This document shows positions 43,235 through 57,329 of a stretch of 64,000 bases of DNA, one piece after another. Every line of letters starts with the position of its first letter. Positions within the stretch are counted from its first letter, which is position 1. Both the position numbers and the translations under genes were made by a program. This DNA comes from Eledone cirrhosa (Eukaryota). The DNA lies in assembly GCA_964016885.1 (NCBI GenBank), contig OZ024743.1:19468001-19532000 (forward strand). The letters run 5' to 3'. The notes under the pieces are model-generated. The model was given only the letters and a program-made list of their open reading frames with translations. It was not told where the DNA came from and made no database searches.

Positions 43235-44555
43235 GGTGATTCCTTTCTTTGTTTCTGTGCCTCTCCTTTGTTCTGTCCTACGCCATTTTGTTTCTGTGTG
43301 TGTGTTGTGTGCTTAGTCTGCGCATGCGCCACATCCGGGTGTCTGTGTGTGTTTATGTTCATTTATTTATTTGTTTATTTACATGTTACTGGTTGGTTGT
43401 TTGTTCTATGTGTGTGTTTTCATTTTGTCCTTAATTGTAAGTTGTGATGTTGCTGTTCCACTCATATTTTCTATTTAATTTTGGTTGTAATTCTTTTATG
43501 CTTATTGCCTCTGTAATTTGTCTAAATATTGCGTTTTTTCTGTGTGTAGATTCTATTTTTATTTCTATGTTCTCTAATTTACCCTTGTGTTCTATCTTAG
43601 CATGTTGGTAGAGTACAGATGATTCTTTATTATCTTGAAGGTCTCGCCAGTGTTCATTTATCCGTTCCCCTACACTACGAGCTGTCTCACCTATGTACAC
43701 TATATTTTTGTCTCTACATTGTCCTTCAGTACATCTTATGCTATACTCTACATTTCTAGTTTTACAGTTAATATGGGGGCTTATTTTACAGGTTATACAT
43801 TTCTTATCTATACATGAGGGTCTTTAAAAAGGGTATGTCTTGCTAATAAGTGTTTTTACGGAGGTACCTGGTCTTTCTACTATCTTAATATTGAGTTTAT
43901 GTTTATTTAGGGCCCTTCTAAATTTGTAAGCTAATTCACCTCTAGGAGTTGTATTGATGAACATTACACTCTGGTATTTATTGCTATCATACCATGAGTT
44001 TATTCTATTAACCTTAAACTGTAAAACTAGAAATGTAGTGTATAGCATAAGATGTACTGAAGGACAATGTAGAGACAAAAATATAGTGTACATAGGTGAG
44101 ACAGCTCGTAGTGTAGGGGAACGGATAAATGAACACTGGCGAGACCTTCAAGATAATAAAGAATCATCTGTACTCTACCAACATGCTAAGATAAAACACA
44201 AGGGTAAATTAGAGAACATAGAAATAAAAATAGAATCTACACACAGAAAAGACGGAATGTTTAGACAAATTACAGAGGCAATAAACATAAAAGAATTACA
44301 ACCAAAATTAAATAGAAAATATGAGTTGAACAGCAACATCACAACTTACAATTAAGGACAAAATGAAAACACACACACACATAGAACAAACAACCAGCCA
44401 GTAACATGTAAATAAACAAATAAATAAATGAACATAAACACACACAGACACCCCGATGTGGTGCATGCGCAGACTGAGTACACAACACACACACAGAAAC
44501 AAAATGGCTTAGGACAGAACAAAGGAGAGGCACAGAAACAAAGAAAGGAATCCCC

Positions 44556-44600
44556 AGTCACTGAAGAGGTCACATAGTGTGTGACGAAAGAACTATGACT
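44556..44600 (+). ncRNA. Minimal type I hammerhead ribozyme
   Basis: AGTCA-CTGAAGA-G-GTCACA-TAGTG-TGTGAC-GAAA-GAAC-TA-TGACT; predicted cut after 44595. Confidence 0.8.
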
Positions 44601-44742
44601 ATATATAAACAACTATCTGGTTGTGGAACCAACCAACCAACCAGAAATTTATAAATTTATAAATTTATAAATATATAATAAATTGAAGTGAAAGCAACTG
44701 GTGCGTGTGTTTCTTATTGGCAATATGGCCCTCCCAAAGTAT

Positions 44743-44780
<38 letters not shown>

Positions 44781-44782
<2 letters not shown>

Positions 44783-44983
44783 CAAAGGAATTGTGGTAAG
44801 GAACCAGATGGACCATAACGCACCAGAGTACTCAATACTTAGGGTAGTAGAGTGGGAAATAGGAAAAAGTATGACCCCGACGGCAGAGCTTAAGCCGTTT
44901 CGCCGGCTATTTCTGGACTATTTAGTCCAGAAATAGCCCTCGAAACTGCTTGAGCTCTACCGTCGGGGTCATACTTTTTACTA
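44781..44983. mobile_element. Fold-back mini-element: ~61-bp inverted arms (44860-44983) plus ~79-nt tail
   Basis: AAAAAGTATGACCCCGACGG...CTGGACTA-TT-TAGTCCAG...CCGTCGGGGTCATACTTTTT; tail end recurs inverted at 10711-10740. Confidence 0.8.
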
Positions 44984-45679
44984 TATATATATATATACAA
45001 TAAAACTAGAAAGTTAACAAAAAGTATACAACGAATGAAAACAGGGCAAAACGAGAAACAATTTATTGAATAGAAAACCATAAAACTGTGTTTTGAAAAT
45101 AAAAGGTCAAACGAAAGACGCAGAACGTCAAGGCCTTCCGCCACGGATATGGACTTCTGGCATTCTGGCCCCTACTGTCGGTACTGATAGTCCGCCCGGG
45201 ATCATACCATCTGGCATAAGTCAAAGCGTCGTCCATGGAGTAAAATTCGAGACAAATAATTCCTTATAGCAATCAAGCCATGATAGGTACACAGAGTTTT
45301 ATGTGACGACTAAGAGAATGTATTGTGTTTTTTATAGCAATAATAGTCTCATAAAAAAGGACATAAAGAGAGAAAAAAGAAAAGAAAAATGAAAAAGGCA
45401 AGAAGAAAGCAAGAATTGTGTTAAAAATGTATTCCATTAAAATTATTTGTGGTGAAACAAAGAACTAGTTCGTCACAGATAAATCATAATAAAATTAAGA
45501 GAGTTAACAAGCAAGACAACGAACAAAAACAATGCAAAACGAGGAGAAACCTTGACAACATTTTGGGCAAAATAAAAAGACAACGAAAGTCAAATCTCCA
45601 AGGTCTTTTTTGCTTTGTCAATTCACTTACAACGTGATATTTTGGTAATTATAACCTTCTTATATTGTACGGGTTTCAT

Positions 45680-45840
45680 GTCATGGGTATGACATTAAAC
45701 TACATCAAGTGGCAAGGCTCCAGTTCGAGAGTTCAGGAGCTGTGGGGAATGTAGAGTTACCTCTTAGTTGTTATCACTCCTAGGTCTGCTCTGGCCCGGA
45801 GTATTAGTACTTGTTAGGGCCCCATTTATGGGTTAAATAA
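45680..45840 (+). repeat. Probable interspersed repeat (SINE/LINE-related) fragment
   Basis: Resembles, from memory, an abundant octopus repeat (TATGACA-TAAAC...GGCTCCAG...GGGGAATGT...CCCGGAGT...GTTAGGG-CCCAT-TATGGGT-AAATA); single copy in window. Confidence 0.4.
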
Positions 45841-46659
45841 TTATTTTATTCGAGTGACACCGGTAAGGTATTATCAGCCACTGAAAAGAAACCTGGAGAG
45901 TCGATTTAACAGCACTAGGGTTAGAGCCCCTAACTACACTGTCAAGGAGCATTCTCGTCGTTATGACTCTGCTGACTTGGAGCCACAGGGAGGGCCAGTG
46001 GATGATGTATCAGCTGTTTCTGAGACAAATATAATTAATCTCGGGAAGTTTACCCGCCCTAGATAGATAGATTGTACAGCTTTTTAAACATACCCACATT
46101 TCATATATGGTGAAACACTTTTTCTCTTTGGTGTTCATTGCATACATACTGTGATCTAGATCTATCTCTATAATCAATATGTTACCTTTTCTTTTCCTTG
46201 TTTCACTTAGTATGAAGCCTCAAACTTTTCAAACCTATCATAAAATTTTCTAAACTTTCACATTTTCAGTTCTGGAAGAAACAATCTTCACTTCCACTAT
46301 ATAGGGCCATGATAGAGAGAACTGCCGGAATTTGAACATCAGTAAACAGCCTATATTATCTAAAAGTATGCTATTAAAATATTGATTTATAATAGATTCA
46401 ATACTTAAAGCACAGCATGGTACTAAAATAAATACAGAGAGAAAAATAAACTAATCACAAATAGAAATGAACAATGGACTGATGTCATGTACATCTAGAC
46501 GTCAACTATTCAATTTGCCGTGATAATTTCAACACTAATCACCTCGGCTCTGTATACTATAACATGTCCATTAAATTTATAGGAGATTGTAAAGACTGAC
46601 AAACGCTGATGGCGAAAAACAAGCAAATGTTTTATATAGTAAACACCAAAATCATTGCT

Positions 46660-46669
46660 CACACACACA

Positions 46670-46734
<65 letters not shown>

Positions 46735-46848
46735 GCGCACACGCACACGCGCACACGCACACGCACACACGCACACACGCGCACACAGACATTCACACGC
46801 ACACACACACGCACACACACAGGCACACAGACACACACACACACGCAC
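46660..46848. repeat. (CA)n microsatellite
   Basis: Direct reading. Confidence 0.97.
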
Positions 46849-47067
46849 ATAATGCTTCAGTCTTTTTTCTTATTTCATACATACATATAGGCAATGAATG
46901 TACTGATATGCAAATGTTGTTCATATTATTTTTCCAAGCAGCTGTAAGCTACGCCCATTCTCTAGAGTTTGTAAAAATATAACACATTTGACGAGTTACA
47001 AAGGAGAAATTAGAAGAATTGTTCTTTAGTCGGTTCTGCAAGTCGGTGGTGTGTTCTATCAGTTTTC

Positions 47068-47153
<86 letters not shown>

Positions 47154-47554
47154 TATGTGTGTGTGTTTGTGTGCGTGCTTGTATTTATGAGTATAAGCAT
47201 GTGCGTGAGGATAGGGATGTATGTCTCTTTGTGTATTTGTATATATATAGAGAGATGTGTGCGTATGTGCGTGTGTGTCTGTGTAAAATATAGATATTGA
47301 GAGATTTATATAAATATATGTAAAATGAATTCGTACGCCAAATATATAGTTACCAGCTACTTAGTTATCCGCCATTGATTACGAACCACTTTATGTGACC
47401 ATCTTCCCTCTTTCTTTATATTTTGACATGTTTCTACTTCAGCCTACTTTCTCGATTCTTCTCATATTATACAGACACACATATCCATCCGTGCTCCCAT
47501 ACATGCAAGCACGCACATGCACACACACACACACACACACACTCACACACATAA

Positions 47555-47589
<35 letters not shown>

Positions 47590-47610
47590 GATAGATATAC
47601 ATATAATATA

Positions 47611-47721
47611 TGAGTTCAAATCCCGCCGAGGTTAACTTTGCCTTTCATCCTTACGGGGTCGATAAAATAAAGTACCAGTAATGTACTGAGTATTTGCTGG
47701 CCTTGTGCCAAAAGTAGAAAC

Positions 47722-47727
<6 letters not shown>
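47611..47727 (+). mobile_element. 5'-truncated SINE
   Basis: B box to tail, same family as 32241-32425. Confidence 0.88.
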
Positions 47728-47788
<61 letters not shown>

Positions 47789-47832
47789 ATATATATTATA
47801 TATTATATATATTATATATTATATATATATAT

Positions 47833-47866
<34 letters not shown>

Positions 47867-47934
47867 ATATTTATTATATATTATATATATTATATATTAT
47901 ATATATATATTATATATATATACATATATATATG

Positions 47935-47988
<54 letters not shown>

Positions 47989-47991
47989 TTA

Positions 47992-48139
<148 letters not shown>

Positions 48140-48142
48140 TTA

Positions 48143-48216
<74 letters not shown>

Positions 48217-48219
48217 TTA

Positions 48220-48264
<45 letters not shown>

Positions 48265-49340
48265 CTCTAAATATATATATAGCAAGTGAATATGTTAACA
48301 TACATAAATATATGAACACACACTCACACACACACACGTGTGTGTGTGTGTGTGTGTGGTGTGAATGTGTGTGAGTACGTAAAAACAATTCTTTCTATAG
48401 TGTTGTATATATGACTACATGAATGTGTCTTTGTATGTGTGTTTGTCTGCGTGTGAGTGTATGTATGAATAACCAAAGATATAGAGATATGTAAATAGGT
48501 AGATATCAGTTTATTTCTGTCCATCAAAGTATTTCCTTTCCTTCTTCTTCCTCACTTTCTTCCTCTAATACTTTCTCTCTGTTACACGCATTCTTTAACT
48601 CTCACACATTTTCTATCGTATGCTCTGTCTCTCTCTTCTCACTCTCACCCCTTCTCTCCCTCTCTCTCTTTCCCATATTCTGTCTGTAATTCCGCCTATT
48701 GAGGAAAATCAAAATGATTCTAGTGTTCTGCCAGAAATAGCTTTCTACACTGGCTGTTTTCACTCATCGGTTTCCTAAACCATACATCAATGGAACGCTG
48801 GAAACGGATTTTTTACTGTGTTTTTTTTCTACTTTATTCATTTGTTTGACTGTTTTTTTCCATCATCATTGTTGTTAAAGTTATTGCAAACGATTCTGGT
48901 ATACGTCTTGTCGTTGGTAATAGCGTTTTTGTTGGTGTGGCCTGCGTTGTTTTAGCTGTTTGGTTGTGTTATTTTGGGGTTCTATTTTATCTATATTGTG
49001 TATTCTCAGTTTCTTCATTTGCATTACATTTCTGGTTAGCTTAAACTCACCAATCAAACATTATGGAATAGCTTAATATATGAAACATAACGGAGTGCCA
49101 GCTATGTTTCATCTAAATCTAAAGTAAAAGAAGTTACACGAATGTGCCTACACTTATGAAATAGGAGATACACACACACACACACATACACACACATCTA
49201 TATATATGTGTGTGTGTGTGTGTCGACAATTTCATAAGCGTAGGTGCATTCGTGCAACTTTCTCTACGTTAGATTCAGATGAAACATAGCTGGCTCTCTC
49301 TCTCTCTCCCTCTCACTCTCTCTCTCTCTATATATATATA

Positions 49341-49663
<323 letters not shown>

Positions 49664-49688
49664 ATATATATACGTATATATATATAAA

Positions 49689-50391
49689 TGTAGCTCTGAT
49701 TCACATGAATCCTCGAGCGCTTGCCACACATATCGGACGTTGATTTTCGTTAATTCCTGAGCTGAAATACGATTCTCGCTAATTTATATTTGTATTAATC
49801 TCCAGAGTCTAGCTATTGAGCAGTTAATTTTATTGATTTTTTTAGTTGCTTCTATTGACTGTTGAATAGCTCTGTTATATTTAACCATTCTGTCGATGCT
49901 TTATTCGATTTGTGATATTTTGCATTCTCGCAATATTATACACAACTGAATCATTCGCCTAATCGAGGTGTTGCCTCCCTTGCTGAACCCCACGTGGGTC
50001 AGTAATAGCCACACTTATGTATAGCATTTTGGAGCAAAACCCGTTGATAACACGGCTTCCTTGTTTAATCATCTTAGCAGAAGCCCAACATTCTTTATGT
50101 AGGCGGACAGTACCTGATTTTGGAGTCGCAGAAACCAATGCTGGATTTTACCATCAGTCCAGGGTCCGGGAAAGTATCAACACATATATTTTTATTGTTT
50201 GACCCGAATTACTTGGTCGTTTGTTTTGGCTGTGCGGATGACATGTTTAACCATCATCTCAGTGTGTTTGGCCCTTAACGTATGTTGTAGCTCTGATTCA
50301 TATGAATCATCGAGTGCTTGCCACACATATCGGACGTTAATTTTCGTTAATTCCTGAGCTGAAAACGATTCTCGCTAATTTATATTTGTAT
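49689..50391 (+). mobile_element. Non-coding mini-element: 597-nt unit, ~106-nt terminal redundancy
   Basis: 49689-49795 = 50286-50391; both ends in (TA)n; second partial copy at 57480-57714 (-). Confidence 0.88.
50040..50170 (+). ncRNA. Type I hammerhead candidate with U3-A8 core and branched stem II
   Basis: CCCG-TTGATAA-ca-CGGCTTC...GGAGTCG-ca-GAAA-CC-aatg-CTGGA..TCCAG-GG-TC-CGGG; predicted cut after GTC 50166. Confidence 0.6.
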
Positions 50392-50498
50392 ATATATATA
50401 CGTATATATAAATATATTATATACATATATATATACATATATATATATACATATATATACATATATATATATACATATATATACATATATATATATAC

Positions 50499-50529
<31 letters not shown>

Positions 50530-50562
50530 CATATATATATTTATATATACATATATCTATAC

Positions 50563-50595
<33 letters not shown>

Positions 50596-50764
50596 TATAA
50601 ATATATATATATGTATATATATATGTATATATATATATGTATATATATATGTATGTATATATATATATATGTATATATATATGTATATTTATATATGTAT
50701 ATATATATGTATATATATATATGTATATATGTATATATATATATTTATATGTATGTATATATAT

Positions 50765-50832
50765 ATATTGTTATACTTTGGGAGGGTCATGTTGCCAATA
50801 AGAATCTTGCTAAACAAATTCAGAAACGAAAT
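50765..50832. mobile_element. 68-bp micro-insertion made of both termini of the 42991-44750 PLE family
   Basis: ATATTGTTATACTTTGGGAGGGTCATGTTGCCAAT-AAGAA-TCTTGCTAAACAAATTCAGAAACGAAAT; AAGAA shared by both halves. Confidence 0.85.
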
Positions 50833-50926
50833 ATATATATATATGTATATGTATATATATATATGTATATATATATATAATTATATGTATATATATATAT
50901 ATATGTATATATGTATATATATATAT

Positions 50927-51012
<86 letters not shown>

Positions 51013-51042
51013 AGATCAAAAGATGGTTAAAGGAGTTCAATA

Positions 51043-51113
51043 TATTTTATTATGCGCATTTCAAAAACAAACATCATCAAACAATAATATTTGTGTTTTC
51101 ATCAGATAAAACA
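51043..51113 (-). ncRNA. Type I hammerhead ribozyme
   Basis: Inverted copy of 57259-57329. Confidence 0.85.
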
Positions 51114-52346
51114 GGAGAACATGATATGAAGGCTAAAAAAACACTTGTTGATAGTGCAGTTTTAAATCAACATATGAAAAGTGGTTTTAGATTGATGTGT
51201 GATATTGGGAAAAATATTTTATTTAGAGAGGGGGGGAGAGAAAAGGATGAAAAGGGAAGGAGATGAGAGGGAGAGATGGGTGATAGAGAGAAAGAGATAG
51301 TTTTTATAACAGAGAGGAGATATATTTTATATAGAGGGGTTGAAAACCGTTGGAAGATACTGTATAAATTAAAAATTTTGAAAATTAACGAAGGGAGGAT
51401 ATGTGCGAGGAAAAAATATATTATATTTAGGGAGGGGTGGGGGTGGAAAGGATGAAAAAAAGGGGAGGAGATGAGAGTGAAGGTGGAAAGGGAGAGATGG
51501 GTGATAGAGAGAAAGAGATAGTTTTTATAACTGAGAAAAAGATATAATGTTTTAATATAGAGAGGTTGGGAACCGTTGGAAGATAATGTATAAATTAAAG
51601 GAATTTGAAAATTAACGAAGGGAAATTATGTATGGAGATAGAGAGAAAAAAATAACGAAGGGAGATTATGTATGGAGATAGAGAGAAAAAAATAATAATT
51701 GTGGGTGAATATTCAAAAGGAGAAATGTAGGAATCTTAAAATTAGCAAAGAGAAAATGTTTATGTATAGGATTTGAGAAAAATGTGAAGTTAAAGTTTTT
51801 ATATTGAATTCATATGTATTAATAATGAGTTCGTTGATGGGGAGAAAAAAAATAATAATAATAAATTAAGGATGAAATTGAGATTAAAAAGATTTATGAT
51901 AGAGAGAAAAAATAATAATGATTGCGGATGAATACTCAAAATGTCAAAAACAAATGTTATTGTTTTACGAAGAGATATAATGAGGGTGATGAGTAAACGG
52001 GTATTATAGAGTGTATAATGCCCTTTAAAGTAAGGTAGATGGGTATATTTTAAAGAATATATGAGTATATATTAAAAAAAATATATATAATAATAAATTA
52101 AGGATGAAATTGAGATTAAAAAGATTTATGATAGAGGGAAAAAAAAATAATAATGATTGCGGATGAATATTCAAAATGTCAAAAACAAATGTTATTGTTT
52201 TACGAGAAGATAGGATGAGGTAAATGAATAAACGAGTACTATAGAGTGTATAATGCCCTTTAAAGTAAGGTAGATGGGTATATTTTAAAGAGGTGTATGT
52301 ATATGTGCCTTTGAGAAAAGATTCTAAATTGATAAAGAATTGAATA

Positions 52347-54168
52347 TTAACTGTATACTTTGTGAAAAGTTCTATGGAATTTATGAAGGCAGATGGAAAA
52401 CAAATCCGAGCGTCTATTTATTATGGATTCTAGGTTAGAGATAATGGTAAATTTTTCATTTAGGCAGAGATTACAGATTTTAGATAGAGAACTGTTCAAG
52501 TACGAGGATGCAGAAGAAATCTTTTTCCAAAAGATGTTATATTTAATGTTTTTGTCTTTTAAGGACCATATGAGTTCTGAGAGAGCAGTGTTAGTTCTTT
52601 TAAGTTTGTATTTGAAAGATGAATGATGATTATAGAGACGAGCTTTAAAAGAGGTGGAAGTGGAGCCAAAATAGGTGAAGGAGTTGGTGCTAGTTATAAT
52701 TTTACATTCATAAATTAAGTTTTTATCGAGGCAATGGTTGTTGAGAGGACATTTATTTTTAATGCGGCAGTTGCAATTAGAGAGATTATTAATGAGTGAT
52801 CTAGTGTTATCTATAGAAGGAATTGGATTGGAGAAGTTGTTTGCGATAGGAATAATAGGAATAATAGTTTCTTGATTTAGAGTTGGATTATGAACATTTA
52901 GCGAAGTTGTGTTTGACGTTGCATTTGGGTTTACAGAAGTTAGCCTAGGGTTTACAATGACGTCAGGAGTACTATTATTGTTATTATGAGATTCAATATT
53001 GGAAGGAAGAGATTTAGTATTTAATATTTTGTTGTTGTGTTTAGAGATGATGTTGGAAATATTGGAGGATGTAGAATACGAAAATTTAATGGTGTGTTTG
53101 TTAAATATTTTACTATAGATATGTGAGGGAGGGAAGCATTTATTTAAGGCACTAAAAAATAATTTAGGAATATTGTTATTAATAGAGATGGAGAAAGGAG
53201 CATTATACCAGATTATGTTTTTGTATCTAGGTCTTTTATTAAAATTATTGGAATGGTTATGATTAAATATTCTACTGTAAGTTTTCCTAGAATTTGTTTC
53301 TTTATTATATTTGATTTTATCTGGATAGCCAGCTTTAGAAAGTGCGTTATTATAGTAATTGGCGTTAGCATCAAAGATGTTTTTATTAGAAGATATGTTA
53401 GATATTCTATTTCCAATATTATTAACTATAGCATTCTTGATATTGGTAGGATGGTTAGATTTAAAGTTAACATAATTAAGATTCTCATTGTTTTTATGGT
53501 AAGGGTAATATAGGCCAGTGTCAAGATTAAGAGATACATCCAAGAAATTAGCTAGTTTGGTACTATTATCAAATTCAATTTTTAGGTTATGTTGGTTAAA
53601 GAGATTACGTATATTGTTCTTAATAATATTAAGTTTAACTATATTGCAATTTAGGATAGTAAAGAGTCCATCGTCACGATAAATTCCACCGCGAAGTTGA
53701 GGAATTTTCCGACTCAAAGAGTTCAAAATGAAGATACCAATTAAATCAGTCAATTGGGATGAATCGGATGCTCCCATTGTGATGTCGAAGTTGTTAGAGG
53801 TATCGGCTCTGGTCCAATATTCGTTGTTGAACTCTAGGATGGTTTTACGTGCGGTGAGGATGATGTGAAGTTCATCTGTGGTGATGTCAGAATATTTAAG
53901 TGCGAAAGATAGAGCATTATTGAGAAGTGAAGGCGAAATGGAGGAATAGTAGCTGGCAATATCGAATTGAATAAATTTTAGTTTGTTTTTATTATCCAAT
54001 TTGTTGAACCAGCCAATCACTTCAGAAGTACCAAACCATAAATTTAGGTTTAAAGAAGAGCAATTAGAACTAACCTGTGGGATAATCCTATCCAAGATGG
54101 CTTTACTAACAACCCCCAGATCAGATTTAGAGGGGGCGATTAATCTAACAGGTAGTTCAGTGCGAAAA
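52347..54168 (-). pseudogene. 5'-truncated PLE RT + GIY-YIG reading frame (no internal stops)
   Basis: Same protein as the + arm; the ORF-track start MILEIYPRSS is read through the junction. Confidence 0.9.
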
Positions 54169-56027
54169 GAACTCCGAGGATAAATCTCAAGGATCACAAA
54201 AACAATTTTCGCACTGAACTACCTGTTAGATTAATCGCCCCCTCTAAATCTGATCTGGGGGTTGTTAGTAAAGCCATCTTGGATAGGATTATCCCACAGG
54301 TTAGTTCTAATTGCTCTTCTTTAAACCTAAATTTATGGTTTGGTACTTCTGAAGTGATTGGCTGGTTCAACAAATTGGATAATAAAAACAAACTAAAATT
54401 TATTCAATTCGATATTGCCAGCTACTATTCCTCCATTTCGCCTTCACTTCTCAATAATGCTCTATCTTTCGCACTTAAATATTCTGACATCACCACAGAT
54501 GAACTTCACATCATCCTCACCGCACGTAAAACCATCCTAGAGTTCAACAACGAATATTGGACCAGAGCCGATACCTCTAACAACTTCGACATCACAATGG
54601 GAGCATCCGATTCATCCCAATTGACTGATTTAATTGGTATCTTCATTTTGAACTCTTTGAGTCGGAAAATTCCTCAACTTCGCGGTGGAATTTATCGTGA
54701 CGATGGACTCTTTACTATCCTAAATTGCAATATAGTTAAACTTAATATTATTAAGAACAATATACGTAATCTCTTTAACCAACATAACCTAAAAATTGAA
54801 TTTGATAATAGTACCAAACTAGCTAATTTCTTGGATGTATCTCTTAATCTTGACACTGGCCTATATTACCCTTACCATAAAAACAATGAGAATCTTAATT
54901 ATGTTAACTTTAAATCTAACCATCCTACCAATATCAAGAATGCTATAGTTAATAATATTGGAAATAGAATATCTAACATATCTTCTAATAAAAACATCTT
55001 TGATGCTAACGCCAATTACTATAATAACGCACTTTCTAAAGCTGGCTATCCAGATAAAATCAAATATAATAAAGAAACAAATTCTAGGAAAACTTACAGT
55101 AGAATATTTAATCATAACCATTCCAATAATTTTAATAAAAGACCTAGATACAAAAACATAATCTGGTATAATGCTCCTTTCTCCATCTCTATTAATAACA
55201 ATATTCCTAAATTATTTTTTAGTGCCTTAAATAAATGCTTCCCTCCCTCACATATCTATAGTAAAATATTTAACAAACACACCATTAAATTTTCGTATTC
55301 TACATCCTCCAATATTTCCAACATCATCTCTAAACACAACAACAAAATATTAAATACTAAATCTCTTCCTTCCAATATTGAATCTCATAATAACAATAAT
55401 AGTACTCCTGACGTCATTGTAAACCCTAGGCTAACTTCTGTAAACCCAAATGCAACGTCAAACACAACTTCGCTAAATGTTCATAATCCAACTCTAAATC
55501 AAGAAACTATTATTCCTATTATTCCTATCGCAAACAACTTCTCCAATCCAATTCCTTCTATAGATAACACTAGATCACTCATTAATAATCTCTCTAATTG
55601 CAACTGCCGCATTAAAAATAAATGTCCTCTCAACAACCATTGCCTCGATAAAAACTTAATTTATGAATGTAAAATTATAACTAGCACCAACTCCTTCACC
55701 TATTTTGGCTCCACTTCCACCTCTTTTAAAGCTCGTCTCTATAATCATCATTCATCTTTCAAATACAAACTTAAAAGAACTAACACTGCTCTCTCAGAAC
55801 TCATATGGTCCTTAAAAGACAAAAACATTAAATATAACATCTTTTGGAAAAAGATTTCTTCTGCATCCTCGTACTTGAACAGTTCTCTATCTAAAATCTG
55901 TAATCTCTGCCTAAATGAAAAATTTACCATTATCTCTAACCTAGAATCCATAATAAATAGACGCTCGGATTTGTTTTCCATCTGCCTTCATAAATTCCAT
56001 AGAACTTTTCACAAAGTATACAGTTAA
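54168..56027 (+). pseudogene. 5'-truncated PLE RT + GIY-YIG reading frame (no internal stops)
   Basis: RTPRINLKDHKNNFRTELPVRLIAPSKSDLG...GGIYRDD...CNCR..CPL...LIYEC...TYFGST...CNLCLNE; lacks ~175 N-terminal aa relative to 12369-14588. Confidence 0.92.
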
Positions 56028-57258
56028 TATTCAATTCTTTATCAATTTAGAATCTTTTCTCAAAGGCACATATACATACACCTCTTTAAAATATACCCAT
56101 CTACCTTACTTTAAAGGGCATTATACACTCTATAGTACTCGTTTATTCATTTACCTCATCCTATCTTCTCGTAAAACAATAACATTTGTTTTTGACATTT
56201 TGAATATTCATCCGCAATCATTATTATTTTTTTTCCCTCTATCATAAATCTTTTTAATCTCAATTTCATCCTTAATTTATTATTATATATATTTTTTTAA
56301 TATATACTCATATATTCTTTAAAATATACCCATCTACCTTACTTTAAAGGGCATTATACACTCTATAATACCCGTTTACTCATCACCCTCATTATATCTC
56401 TTCGTAAAACAATAACATTTGTTTTTGACATTTTGAGTATTCATCCGCAATCATTATTATTTTTTCTCTCTATCATAAATCTTTTTAATCTCAATTTCAT
56501 CCTTAATTTATTATTATTATTTTTTTTCTCCCCATCAACGAACTCATTATTAATACATATGAATTCAATATAAAAACTTTAACTTCACATTTTTCTCAAA
56601 TCCTATACATAAACATTTTCTCTTTGCTAATTTTAAGATTCCTACATTTCTCCTTTTGAATATTCACCCACAATTATTATTTTTTTCTCTCTATCTCCAT
56701 ACATAATCTCCCTTCGTTATTTTTTTCTCTCTATCTCCATACATAATTTCCCTTCGTTAATTTTCAAATTCCTTTAATTTATACATTATCTTCCAACGGT
56801 TCCCAACCTCTCTATATTAAAACATTATATCTTTTTCTCAGTTATAAAAACTATCTCTTTCTCTCTATCACCCATCTCTCCCTTTCCACCTTCACTCTCA
56901 TCTCCTCCCCTTTTTTTCATCCTTTCCACCCCCACCCCTCCCTAAATATAATATATTTTTTCCTCGCACATATCCTCCCTTCGTTAATTTTCAAAATTTT
57001 TAATTTATACAGTATCTTCCAACGGTTTTCAACCCCTCTATATAAAATATATCTCCTCTCTGTTATAAAAACTATCTCTTTCTCTCTATCACCCATCTCT
57101 CCCTCTCATCTCCTTCCCTTTTCATCCTTTTCTCTCCCCCCCTCTCTAAATAAAATATTTTTCCCAATATCACACATCAATCTAAAACCACTTTTCATAT
57201 GTTGATTTAAAACTGCACTATCAACAAGTGTTTTTTTAGCCTTCATATCATGTTCTCC

Positions 57259-57329
57259 TGTTTTATCTGATGAAAACACAAATATTATTGTTTGATGATG
57301 TTTGTTTTTGAAATGCGCATAATAAAATA
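57259..57329 (+). ncRNA. Type I hammerhead ribozyme with palindromic stem/loop III
   Basis: TGTTTTAT-CTGATGA-long AU/GU stem II-GAAA-T-GCGC-A-TA-ATAAAATA; predicted cut after 57321. Confidence 0.85.

Larger units (their letters stand above)
42991..44750. mobile_element. PLE 3' part as head-to-head inverted pair (GIY-YIG + 3' UTR)
   Basis: 43048-43769 = reverse complement of 44017-44750; minus arm extends through 44016 (TPRGELA...IKIVERPG) and has a 57-nt tail 42991-43047; VVYSIRC...[16 protein letters not shown]. Confidence 0.92.

Noticed and set aside
49940-50010. HDV-like ribozyme on the minus strand (CCCACGT...GGCGAATG)
   Set aside because: Could not build P1/P3/P1.1 pairing; better explained as a simple hairpin CTGAACCCC/GGGTCAG
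54169-54197. Novel N-terminus MILEIYPRSS for the 616-aa minus ORF
   Set aside because: Antisense read-through of the palindrome spacer, which is + strand coding sequence
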